Positions 10,214 through 17,889 are shown, numbered from the stretch's first letter. The stretch: DNA of 32,000 nucleotides from Patescibacteria group bacterium (GCA_041662745.1 JBAZRV010000001.1:1-32000), one strand, 5' to 3'. Made by a program: numbers and translations. The notes: a model not told the origin generated them from the sequence alone.

Positions 10214-10813
10214 CTACTTATACTCTGGCGTGCTAAAAACGGTAAAACGGCTAAAAGGCCAACCACGAATCCAGGTTCGGCCGACAATCAAATCTTTCTT
10301 AACTAATCCAAAAATGCGAGAATCCAACGATTGTCCGCGATTGTCGCCCAACAGAAAGTATTCATCTTCGGCTAAAGTAACCTCGCCATAACCGCGCACC
10401 GGCAAAACCGTCTCTGTCCCTGCCAATAAATAAGATTCTTCTAATTTATTACCGTTAATATACACGGCATTGTCTTGAATTTTTACTTTGTCGCCGGGCA
10501 AACCGATAACGCGTTTAATGAAATACTGCTTAGTGTCTTTGGGATATTTGAAAACAACGATATCACCGCGTTGCGGTTCATTGAACCGGTAGCTTATTTC
10601 ATCAATAATTAGGTACTCATGGTCATAAAAATTCGGTTCCATGGATGCTCCTTTGACATAGAAAGGTTGAATTAAAAAATACCTGACCGGTAAAATAATG
10701 GCCAAAGAAATAATGGCCACCCTGACCATTTCCCAAATAAATTCGGAAATCGCCTGCCATCGAGAACGATTGAGATTAAAGCCGTCAGAAATCTGATAAT
10801 TATCCATAAACAC
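10214..10813 (-). CDS. lepB: Signal peptidase I
   Basis: 199 aa: VKGASMEPNFYDHEYLIIDEISYRF, GDIVVFKYPKDTKQYFIKRVIGLPGD, YFLLGDNRGQSLDSR; classic S26 catalytic Ser/Lys boxes after one TM segment. Confidence 0.96.
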   Translation of the reverse strand: MFMDNYQISDGFNLNRSRWQAISEFIWEMVRVAIISLAIILPVRYFLIQPFYVKGASMEPNFYDHEYLIIDEISYRFNEPQRGDIVVFKYPKDTKQYFIKRVIGLPGDKVKIQDNAVYINGNKLEESYLLAGTETVLPVRGYGEVTLAEDEYFLLGDNRGQSLDSRIFGLVKKDLIVGRTWIRGWPFSRFTVFSTPEYK

Positions 10814-10930
10814 TAAAAATCGACTAGAGATAAAACAATCGAGTTATCCCCAACTGCATTAATTATTATATTTTAATCATAACATAAAATCTTAGAATAA
10901 ATCAAGTTTAAAAAACTCTTTTTTCCACAA

Positions 10931-10959
10931 TTGATCAAATTAAAACAATATGTTATGAT
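10931..10959 (+). promoter_or_regulatory. Predicted sigma70-type promoter for the LCP gene (TTGATC-17-TATGAT)
   Basis: TTGATC 10931-10936, 17 nt spacer, TATGAT 10954-10959, about 110 nt upstream of the ATG at 11073. Confidence 0.5.
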
Positions 10960-11072
10960 ATATGAAGATATTCAACTTTCAAAAAAATTAATAAACGGCT
11001 ATATTTAGCTACTTTCGTCTAATTCAATTGCTTTTAATTTTTTAAAAAATCTAAAAAGAACGGACCGAGATT

Positions 11073-12716
11073 ATGTCTGACCCTATCAGAGTCAATTTCA
11101 TCAATGATCCAATAATTCAAGAAAAACCGGCCATTACTGTCAAACAGCAAAAATCGCCAGACCCAGAAACAGCCGGACCAGCCGTGTCTGCTCCACGCAG
11201 GCGGCATTTTAGTTTTAAAAAGTTAATTATCAGCTTAACCATAGCAATAATTATAGTTTTTATTGTTTTTTCATCTTCTATCGCCTTCTCTAACGAGAAT
11301 TTAATCAAAAACTTATCTCAATTCAATTGGCTGAGTCAAGTCGGCAGTTTAATCACTTCTGCCGATCGTGAACTCAAAGGTGAAGGCGAGGATCGCATTA
11401 ATTTCGTTATTATGGGGATCGGCGGGGGCGACCATGAAGGAGCGGAACTGGCAGACACGATTATCCTGGCCAGTTATAAACCGTCCACCAAACAAATCGC
11501 CCTAATGTCTATCCCTCGGGATCTGTACGTCAAAAGTCCGGGGTATGGCTGGGTGAAAATCAACGGCATCCGTGCCATTGCCGATAAAAAGAAAGCCGGC
11601 AGCGGCGATGAAGCAATGCGACAAACTCTTTCCGATTTACTGGACATTGATATCCAATATTACGCCACGGTTGATTTTGACGGCTTTGAAAAACTGATCG
11701 ATGACTTTGGCGGCGTCGATGTGGATGTAGAGCGTGATCTCATAGATTATTCTTATCCTATTCGCGGTCGGGAAGATTCCTATCCGATCGAAAGCCGCTA
11801 TGAAAAATTAATCATAAAAAAGGGCCAACAACATATGGATGGCGCTTTAGCCCTTAAATACGCCCGCAGCCGCCACGCCTTGGGTACGGAAGGATCTGAT
11901 TTTGCCCGTTCCAAACGCCAGCAAAAGATTCTTTTGGCCCTGAAGGACAAGATTCTGGCGCCGGGCACCTTCTTTAACCCGCAAAAAATCAACGGTCTGC
12001 TGGAAATGTATAACGAAAACGTCCATACCAACCTTCAAGTTTGGGAAATCATGCGTCTGTTACAATTCGGCCGGGATATTGATTTTAACCAAGGCATTAT
12101 CACTTATAGCCTGGTTGATGGAACTGAACAATTTTTATACGATCAGATGGTCAGCGGCGCTTACGTGCTTTTGCCTTACGGCGGCAACTACGACAAAATA
12201 AAATTCATTTGGCAGAACATTTATCTGCCGGAAATCGGCAAGGACTTGCTGATTGATAAAACCAAATGGGCCGAATTCAAGGATGCAACTTCCACCAAGG
12301 CCACTACCACCTCGTCAACTGCCGCTACCATAAAAACCAACAACACGACCGACGACTCCGCGACCAAACCCATTGCCGCGCCGACGGAAACCGCTAAACT
12401 CTACCCCAATGATCCGACAACCCAAGGTGAATCAACCTATCAAAAAGAACAGGCGCGCATTGAAATATTAAACGGCACCATGATCACCGGCTGGGCCGGA
12501 CAAGAAGCTGGCAAGCTCAAAGCCAAAGGATTTAATGTGATAAACAGCGGCAATGCCGCCACCAAAGGGTATGCTTCAATAAAAATTTATGATTTAAGCG
12601 GCGGCAGATATCAGCTAACCACTTCAGAGTTGCAAATTATCTATGGCGTAGAAGCCATTGCCCCGCCGGCCGGCTTAAAATCATCAGCTGATATTGTTAT
12701 AATTTTAGGCAAATAA
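11073..12716 (+). CDS. LytR-CpsA-Psr (LCP) family protein with C-terminal LytR_C-like domain
   Basis: 547 aa: single TM, then RINFVIMGIGGGDHEGAELADTIILASYKPSTKQIALMSIPRDLYVKSPGYGWVKINGIRA; DFDGFEKLIDDFGGVDVDVERD; GALALKYARSRH; C-term ARIEILNGTMITGWAGQEAGKLKAKGFNV. Confidence 0.95.
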   Translation: MSDPIRVNFINDPIIQEKPAITVKQQKSPDPETAGPAVSAPRRRHFSFKKLIISLTIAIIIVFIVFSSSIAFSNENLIKNLSQFNWLSQVGSLITSADRELKGEGEDRINFVIMGIGGGDHEGAELADTIILASYKPSTKQIALMSIPRDLYVKSPGYGWVKINGIRAIADKKKAGSGDEAMRQTLSDLLDIDIQYYATVDFDGFEKLIDDFGGVDVDVERDLIDYSYPIRGREDSYPIESRYEKLIIKKGQQHMDGALALKYARSRHALGTEGSDFARSKRQQKILLALKDKILAPGTFFNPQKINGLLEMYNENVHTNLQVWEIMRLLQFGRDIDFNQGIITYSLVDGTEQFLYDQMVSGAYVLLPYGGNYDKIKFIWQNIYLPEIGKDLLIDKTKWAEFKDATSTKATTTSSTAATIKTNNTTDDSATKPIAAPTETAKLYPNDPTTQGESTYQKEQARIEILNGTMITGWAGQEAGKLKAKGFNVINSGNAATKGYASIKIYDLSGGRYQLTTSELQIIYGVEAIAPPAGLKSSADIVIILGK

Positions 12717-12725
12717 AAAAATAAT

Positions 12726-13325
12726 ATGAAAAAATTCGGTAAGCCAGAATTAGGTTATACTGGCGGACAAATCGAGGAGGAATTATTTGCAGAAGTAAAT
12801 CGGCCATTACGCCTGACATTTGAACAATGGTTGAAAAATCGTGATAAGTTTAGAATGTCCAAATCAGAAATGTTTAGACTCATTAAAGAAAACCAACCAG
12901 CAGCCCCAACCACTCCCGATACTGATTTTGCCTACGATACCCAATCGGAAATAGTAGAATTATTGCAAAAAGAAGAAGAATTTTCTGAGGTTGATTATAA
13001 TGATTTACTTTCTAGAGTTAAGTTTTTTACTGCTGTAAATTCTCCCTTGGATTACGGCTTAGGCATTGATGCTTTTTTTGAAATTTATTTGGACGATGAG
13101 CACTTTATAAGAATTACCCTGGATGCGGCCGGTTGGGAAAAAGGAGATTATAAAGCTGATATTTTAATTGTTTATCCTGAAGAAGGAATTGACCCCAAAG
13201 AAGACAAAAAGGACTGGAAAAAATTCATTCAAGATCAAGCCCAATTTATTGTGGAAAAATTTAAATCTAAATTAAAAAACCATGAAGTCGAAAGAACAAG
13301 AGGAAATATCAAAAAGGCTGTTTAA
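12726..13325 (+). CDS. Hypothetical protein (199 aa)
   Basis: Starts 10 nt after the LCP gene; soluble, no family recognised. Confidence 0.7.
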   Translation: MKKFGKPELGYTGGQIEEELFAEVNRPLRLTFEQWLKNRDKFRMSKSEMFRLIKENQPAAPTTPDTDFAYDTQSEIVELLQKEEEFSEVDYNDLLSRVKFFTAVNSPLDYGLGIDAFFEIYLDDEHFIRITLDAAGWEKGDYKADILIVYPEEGIDPKEDKKDWKKFIQDQAQFIVEKFKSKLKNHEVERTRGNIKKAV

Positions 13326-13587
13326 CCAAATAAATAAAGCTGTTGCTGACGGAAACCATTGGCCTGATGTAAACATTATTAAAGAAGCATTATCAGGCGA
13401 CGCGATAATCGCGATATTTTGCCATGGTTGCGGATTTACTCAGGGATTGACTCAAGAAGGATTAAATATTATAGCCCAGGATACCGAGTTAAAATTGACA
13501 GAAAATAACAATGGAATTTTTATCGGAGTTGATCGCTGTAATTTATGTGATGATAATTTAGAAAATTTAAGGATTGAAAAATTATAA
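13282..13587 (+). CDS. Hypothetical protein (101 aa), Cys-containing
   Basis: Overlaps the previous ORF by 44 nt; contains CHGC and CNLC pairs (AIFCHGCGFTQ ... GVDRCNLCDDN), possibly metal-binding. Confidence 0.65.
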   Translation: MKSKEQEEISKRLFNQINKAVADGNHWPDVNIIKEALSGDAIIAIFCHGCGFTQGLTQEGLNIIAQDTELKLTENNNGIFIGVDRCNLCDDNLENLRIEKL

Positions 13588-13600
13588 CCTATTACCCAAT

Positions 13601-13630
13601 AAAAACAACCGCCAAATGGCGGTTGTTTTT
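13601..13630. terminator. Bidirectional intrinsic terminator between convergent genes
   Basis: AAAAACAACCGCC-aaat-GGCGGTTGTTTTT, perfect stem with A/T tracts on both sides. Confidence 0.9.
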
Positions 13631-13640
13631 ATTATTATCT

Positions 13641-14429
13641 CTATCTTCTTTTATGATGCTTATGAGACGGCATTTTAGGCAATGCTTGCGACCCCAACCA
13701 GGCTAATTCAAACAAGGAAACGAAAGTTTCGTAAATATTTTTATCCTCAATAATCACGCCGTTTAATTTATCCTTCAGCGAGGCAATCCGGACCTTATTA
13801 TCAAAAAAAGCGATATCGCAATTAATCGGGAATCTATCAGCCGAAATTCTTAATCGTTCATCAAGCGGACTGGGATGAGCGCGATCCTCGCCTTCCTTTA
13901 AAGTAAATATGGCTTTAGTTTTTGTTTTGCTGGCTACTCGATCTTGGTAAGCTTTATTGACTTCTTCTGCCGAGTACACTTTGCGCAAATCATCCAACGA
14001 GAAAAAGGCGCGGATAAGCTGTGATTTGGAAGACATCTGCTCTTGCACCATCGTTCGCAAGCCTTCTTTGCCTTCAAAAAACCTAACCACCGGCTTATTC
14101 TCCTGCTTATTGTAAATCGCTCGCAATTGCGGCATCAAATCATTAATCATTTTTTGCTTTTCTTCTATCTCTGCCTTTTCTAATTCCAGCGCGCTAATAA
14201 TCATTTCCGGCGATTCGGCAATGTAGCGGACTTTTTTATCTTTGCCGGCATAAGTGCTGCATAAGCCTTTTTTGATCAAAGAATCCAAAATCACATAAGT
14301 GGTCGGCCGATTAACGCCGGCTTTTTTGGAAATATCCTGCACTGAAGCTTGGCCCAATTCCAAAGTAGCCAAATAAACTTTGGCTTCTTTGTCGGATAAA
14401 CCGATTTTTTTCAATTCATTTATAAACAT
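13641..14429 (-). CDS. TrmB family transcriptional regulator
   Basis: 262 aa: ELKKIGLSDKEAKVYLATLELGQASVQDISKKAGVNRPTTYVILDSLIKKGLCSTYAGKDKKVRYIAESPE is a TrmB-type wHTH. Confidence 0.88.
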   Translation of the reverse strand: MFINELKKIGLSDKEAKVYLATLELGQASVQDISKKAGVNRPTTYVILDSLIKKGLCSTYAGKDKKVRYIAESPEMIISALELEKAEIEEKQKMINDLMPQLRAIYNKQENKPVVRFFEGKEGLRTMVQEQMSSKSQLIRAFFSLDDLRKVYSAEEVNKAYQDRVASKTKTKAIFTLKEGEDRAHPSPLDERLRISADRFPINCDIAFFDNKVRIASLKDKLNGVIIEDKNIYETFVSLFELAWLGSQALPKMPSHKHHKRR

Positions 14430-14484
14430 ATCTAGTATAATTAATGTCTATATTATTTTAGCTTAAATTCATTTTTTAAAAAAG

Positions 14485-14516
14485 AGGGGGCGCTTCCGAA
14501 CTCGTCGGAGCGCCCC
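14485..14516 (-). terminator. Strong intrinsic terminator ending the minus-strand small-gene/ncRNA transcript
   Basis: Minus strand GGGGCGCTCCGA-cgagt-TCGGAAGCGCCCC followed by CTCTTTTTT; about 12 bp GC-rich stem with one bulge. Confidence 0.9.
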
Positions 14517-14840
14517 TTAGGTACCATTAATGTTCTTGTCTACTGACTGCTAGCCGGTTCTTATTATTGCCCCGGTAGGCAGTCATCGCACAGTCTTTTT
14601 TGACTTTTTTGACCCTTTTTGCGAGTCTTGAGCCTTCAGAGATTCAATCATTGTTTAGATCAACCGAGTCCGCCCATAGCTAAGCTACTCCTTTCTGATT
14701 CAGTGGTGTAACGGTTAGATAGCGATCACTCCAAGCCCCGACGCGCGCCAGATCCAGATTTGAACCGGAATCATGGCGCAGAGGGTGGGTGGAGTTATCC
14801 GCTACCCATAACCATCTCCTTTCTGCGGTTGTGGCTATTG
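14517..14840 (-). ncRNA. Candidate structured non-coding segment downstream of the 75-aa gene
   Basis: About 320 nt without an ORF in the track, between the 75-aa stop and a strong terminator. Stems include GCGCCA...TGGCGC (14745-14750/14774-14779) enclosing a T-arm-like TCCGG-TTCAAAT-CTGGA, and GACTGC...CCGG/CCGG...GCAGTC (14545-14584). Confidence 0.4.
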
Positions 14841-14844
14841 CCGA

Positions 14845-15072
14845 TTACTTCTTGTTAAACGCCGCCTTCATCATAAAAACAACCACCGCCACCACCAGTC
14901 CGAGCTGAATCGCCTGCATCGCCAATGGCCCCAATTCAGCAAAGAGTTGATTACAGGCATCAGCCAAGACTCCTGGAAACAAACGGACAAACACCAGCGA
15001 AGTGCCAATACCTGCCAATGTTCCCAGAAACCGTTGCGGCGTGCCAAAGAAAAAACGCAAATAGCTATTCAT
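14845..15072 (-). CDS. Small membrane protein (75 aa)
   Basis: ATG at 15072 preceded by a GGGGGG Shine-Dalgarno; MNSYLRFFFGTPQRFLGTLAGIGTSLVFVRLFPGVLADACNQLFAELGPLAMQAIQLGLVVAVVVFMMKAAFNKK, two hydrophobic stretches. The track ORF 14845..15171 begins upstream of the likely start. Confidence 0.75.
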   Translation of the reverse strand: MNSYLRFFFGTPQRFLGTLAGIGTSLVFVRLFPGVLADACNQLFAELGPLAMQAIQLGLVVAVVVFMMKAAFNKK

Positions 15073-15073
15073 T

Positions 15074-15253
15074 TTATTCCCCCCGTTGCTTTTCCACCGC
15101 GCGTTTGTCGCGTTGGCGGTCGTATCCCTTCTTGCCCAGTTTACTGCCATGGACACCGCCGGTTTTGACAATCGTCGGCCCGCGCTGTTTCAAAAGCAAC
15201 TCCATCGGTTTAATAACCCCAACTAAAATAGTTCCTTTTTTGCTGTGACTCAT
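15074..15253 (-). CDS. Very basic small protein (59 aa), absent from the supplied ORF track
   Basis: Manual translation MSHSKKGTILVGVIKPMELLLKQRGPTIVKTGGVHGSKLGKKGYDRQRDKRAVEKQRGE*; start preceded by AAAGGAGAGAATT; one nucleotide between its stop and the next ATG, suggesting coupling. Confidence 0.75.
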   Translation of the reverse strand: MSHSKKGTILVGVIKPMELLLKQRGPTIVKTGGVHGSKLGKKGYDRQRDKRAVEKQRGE

Positions 15254-15319
15254 AATTCTCTCCTTTTAAAGTTCTTTAGCTTCTAGTCAGCCCTATACTG
15301 ACTTTTAGCTTGATATATC

Positions 15320-15348
15320 AGTATATCACATAGTATAAATTTTGTCAA
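15320..15348 (-). promoter_or_regulatory. Extended -10 sigma70 promoter for the two small proteins (TTGACA-17-TATACT)
   Basis: Minus strand TTGACA (15348-15343), 17 nt spacer ending TGA, TATACT (15325-15320). Confidence 0.85.
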
Positions 15349-15528
15349 CAGCAATTAACAAAAACTTATCCACAGCCCCTATTTAAAACCAAGAAAAAAC
15401 GAATGATTAACAGCTTAAAAGTGTTTTTGATACGATTATGTCAGCTTTAACTGACATAATTATAATAGAATATTTTATCTAAATTTAGATAAAATATTAA
15501 TAAAAAAATAAATTATTTATAATAACCA

Positions 15529-15557
15529 TTGACAAAATAATTTTAGTGTGATACAAT
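15529..15557 (+). promoter_or_regulatory. Extended -10 sigma70 promoter for the large ncRNA (TTGACA-17-TACAAT)
   Basis: TTGACA 15529-15534, spacer 15535-15551 ending TGA, TACAAT 15552-15557; predicted start near 15564-15566. Confidence 0.85.
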
Positions 15558-15564
15558 GATTTAT

Positions 15565-16770
15565 CAACCTGGTGAAACCAATGTCAAAACTTTCCGACAA
15601 GGAACAAAACCCAGGGTGATAGATTGAACTAAAATTGACAATCAAACAACCTCAAAATCCGTTGATAACCCGATTAAACTGATTAAAAACGGATTAAGTT
15701 CTGCCAAATTAGACTGGATTTTCCAGTTTAATCGGCTTAACTGGAGGCTAGCAAGCTTGCTCCTAAATGAGCTTCTGCCCCGTTTCTTGCAAACGGGGTG
15801 AAATAAAGCCTACTATCTCCGGCTGTCGGAAAGATTTATTTGATATGGGTCCCCGAATATTTTTGCTTCGACCTAACGGTCTTAACGCAAAAATTTCGAG
15901 GATGACATTGACGGATAATCAGCTAAATAAAACTTGTCGTGCTAAGAACCTTAAATAATAATATTACTGACGCGTCTGTGCCGAATTGCCTTTCATAAAT
16001 TATGAAAAATAATTCGGTGCAGATGCGCGCAGGCATCCGAGCACTACCTTAGAAAAGCTGGCCATCCAAATACGACACCTGATCAGGTCGTTGAGGGAAA
16101 CTCGGCAGTAAGGTAACACAGCCATATAGGGCTGTTCTAAACTTCCGTCATTTCATCGTCATGGCGATGGATGTGATGCGGAAGGACACCTCCTCATTAC
16201 CACAGCGGTAAAAGACCGCTGGAGGAGCTGAATGGATGCCTGGTAAGCATCCGGATTATCCTGAACAGGCTAAGGGGGCAAGCAGATCCGCCAAGAAGGT
16301 GGAGCGGCTGATGGCAAAGCTTAAGCTTGCATCCCATAAAACGCCTAATGTTCAAGATAATCCACTGCGCAAGAATAGTTTCTTAAGGGACGAGAAGAGA
16401 TGTATTACGGCTTTAGCTGAGTAGGATGGAAAAAACCATCGCAAAAAGCAGCCGATCTCTGATCGTGCCCGAGGTTCCTCCGGCAACCGTAATGGCGGTT
16501 GCATGAGAGAAGTCCGACCGATCGGGCTTCAAAGCTATAGGTCGAGGCAGCGGCCATAATAGTAAAAAGACGGGGAGATGACAGCTGAAAATGCTGTTTC
16601 TTGACCCCGCCTGCGATGAAAACCTCATCGCCACGTGGAACTACGCCGAGATCGTAGGAAGCGCTCACGGCTAATGTGAGATGGGTGTGAGGACACCAAG
16701 GAGGCTGGCTAACAGCAACCACTGCACGGTTTTTCTGGTGATTTTTACAGTCGGGAAAAATCACCGTTCC
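15565..16770 (+). ncRNA. Large (about 1.2 kb) highly structured non-coding RNA, class not recognised
   Basis: No credible ORF. Stems by eye: 15656-15663/15688-15695; 15708-15717/15723-15732; 15778-15785/15791-15798; 15854-15866/15887-15898 capped by GACC-TAAC-GGTC; 15981-15987/16011-16017 enclosing 15991-15997/16001-16007; 16022-16026/16033-16037; 16046-16051/16109-16114; 16118-16123/16130-16135; 16142-16147/16179-16184 enclosing 16154-16158/16165-16169; 16190-16195/16222-16227 enclosing 16203-16209/16215-16221; 16234-16239/16247-16252; 16467-16472/16522-16527 enclosing 16483-16489/16496-16502; 16571-16575/16605-16609 enclosing 16581-16585/16593-16597; 16613-16619/16625-16631; 16641-16645/16653-16657; 16664-16668/16676-16680; 16684-16688/16693-16697; 16737-16746/16756-16765. 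Confidence 0.8.
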
Positions 16771-16811
16771 ACTTTAGCGAATAAATTATTTGTTCACTAA
16801 AGCGGACATTA
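16737..16811 (+). repeat. Two-hairpin module, copy A (3' end of ncRNA / leader of the 143-aa ORF)
   Basis: ggtgatttttacagtcgggaaaaatcacc-gttcc-actttagcgaataaattatttgttcactaaagcggacatta; 41-nt second half matches copy B at 37/41 positions. Confidence 0.85.
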
Positions 16812-16843
16812 AAAAACCCAATAACCACAGGGAGGATACAATC

Positions 16844-17275
16844 ATGGAAAATCAAGCAACTGGCTTGGTTAATGACCAACTTCGCTCCCAACTGGTAATA
16901 TTAGTCAAACACGGGATTATGCCTCAGCCCAAACCGCTAAAAAATATGGTGCGGGCCAGAAGGATTAATTTTGAAGAAGATGGTGCTAGCAATTTTGGTT
17001 ATTCTGAAATTGTGCTCTGCGTTAATGGCCGAGCTCATTTGAAGGTCAGTCATAGCTGGTTGGAAAATGGCGACCATGATGAAACTAACAATTCAGCAAC
17101 GGTAACTCGTTGCGATTGCCATAACTACCATGATCTGCTGATTAACGCAGAACATGCGGATTTGATCGAAAAATTTCTGCAAACTGATGAAGACCAAAAA
17201 TTAGAACAAACATTTGCACCATTTACATTTCCGTGTGACTATTTACAAAACCAACAACCAGGAGATTTATCATGA
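16844..17275 (+). CDS. Hypothetical protein (143 aa)
   Basis: ATG at 16844 preceded by GGGAGGATACAATC; MENQATGLVNDQLRSQLVILVKHGIMPQPKPLKNMVRARRINFEEDGASNFGYSEIVLCVNG...; likely start is downstream of the track start at 16790. Confidence 0.75.
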   Translation: MENQATGLVNDQLRSQLVILVKHGIMPQPKPLKNMVRARRINFEEDGASNFGYSEIVLCVNGRAHLKVSHSWLENGDHDETNNSATVTRCDCHNYHDLLINAEHADLIEKFLQTDEDQKLEQTFAPFTFPCDYLQNQQPGDLS

Positions 17276-17565
17276 GCGATACGAGACAGAAGTGCCAGTT
17301 GTGCGGTGGTTTGGGTATGAATGGGGCCAAGTGGCTGGTTAAGACGAACGACGGCAAATCCGTCCAGGTGCATAAGCCCTGCGGCGAAAAGCTGATCGAA
17401 TCGGCACCAGCTGAGGTAGGCGCTAAACTCGTCCCGAGTCCCGAGCTGAAAGCCGAATGGACCGCCAAGCGGACCGAACGACAAGCCAGGGACTTTTGGG
17501 CGAGCCGATGCCCGCAACTACTTGAGATCAAGAAAGATCTTGAGCAAAAGGAGAACACGACATGA
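17272..17565 (+). CDS. Hypothetical Cys/His-containing small protein (97 aa), possible zinc-binding
   Basis: ATGA stop/start overlap with the preceding ORF; MSDTRQKCQLCGGLGMNGAKWLVKTNDGKSVQVHKPCGEKL has CxxC ... HxxC. Confidence 0.75.
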   Translation: MSDTRQKCQLCGGLGMNGAKWLVKTNDGKSVQVHKPCGEKLIESAPAEVGAKLVPSPELKAEWTAKRTERQARDFWASRCPQLLEIKKDLEQKENTT

Positions 17566-17586
17566 CCTAGCACCCTTACAGGTTTT

Positions 17587-17657
17587 GATGATTTACCCTT
17601 AAAAAATCATCAGCCCACTTGAGTGAATAAATTATTTGTTCATTAAAGCGGACGTTA
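17587..17657 (+). repeat. Two-hairpin module, copy B (leader of the 68-aa ORF)
   Basis: gatgatttacccttaaaaaatcatc-agccc-acttgagtgaataaattatttgttcattaaagcggacgtta; same architecture and 5-nt linker length as copy A. Confidence 0.85.
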
Positions 17658-17682
17658 CTAAACATCAAAAAGAGGGATAACC

Positions 17683-17889
17683 ATGAATGATGAAGACAAA
17701 CTTCGCCGACACCAAATTCGACAACTCAGTCAGGCCAAAGACCATGCCAAACGTCGGCAAATAGGTCGGAAAAGACAAGCCGGTACCGAAGACCTGACCA
17801 AAAACCAATTTGAGAAAAAATTTCCGCACCTATCAATCAAAGTTTGGTATGCCCAGCGCTGCTTTGTTGGCAAGGGTTACGATTGGTAA
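17683..17889 (+). CDS. Basic small hypothetical protein (68 aa)
   Basis: MNDEDKLRRHQIRQLSQAKDHAKRRQIGRKRQAGTEDLTKNQFEKKFPHLSIKVWYAQRCFVGKGYDW; preceded by AGAGGGATAACC. Confidence 0.65.
   Translation: MNDEDKLRRHQIRQLSQAKDHAKRRQIGRKRQAGTEDLTKNQFEKKFPHLSIKVWYAQRCFVGKGYDW

Noticed and set aside
14700-14780. Possible tRNA gene (AGTGGTGTAACGGTTAG D-arm-like on +, GGTTCAAATC T-arm-like on -)
   Set aside because: The two look-alike arms are on opposite strands and no acceptor or anticodon stem completes a cloverleaf in either orientation.
15073-15171. N-terminal extension of the 75-aa protein in the track (start at 15171)
   Set aside because: A strong GGGGGG Shine-Dalgarno lies immediately before ATG 15072, and the extension overlaps the independently supported 59-aa gene in another frame.
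16236-16764. Short ORFs inside the ncRNA (16236..16424 +, 16405..16764 -, 16413..16634 -)
   Set aside because: Low-complexity translations with no RBS, no family resemblance, and located over nested perfect stems; structure explains the sequence better.
15565-16770. Identity as RNase P RNA, tmRNA, rRNA fragment or group I/II intron
   Set aside because: I could not find the RNase P P4 signature, tmRNA ends, rRNA core motifs, or a recognisable domain V / P7 core, and the length does not fit the first two. A CM search is still needed.
15507-17657. CRISPR or CRISPR-like array based on the repeated AATAAATTATTT core
   Set aside because: Only two long copies plus one 12-mer, with irregular spacing and no spacers or cas genes; better viewed as paired structural modules.
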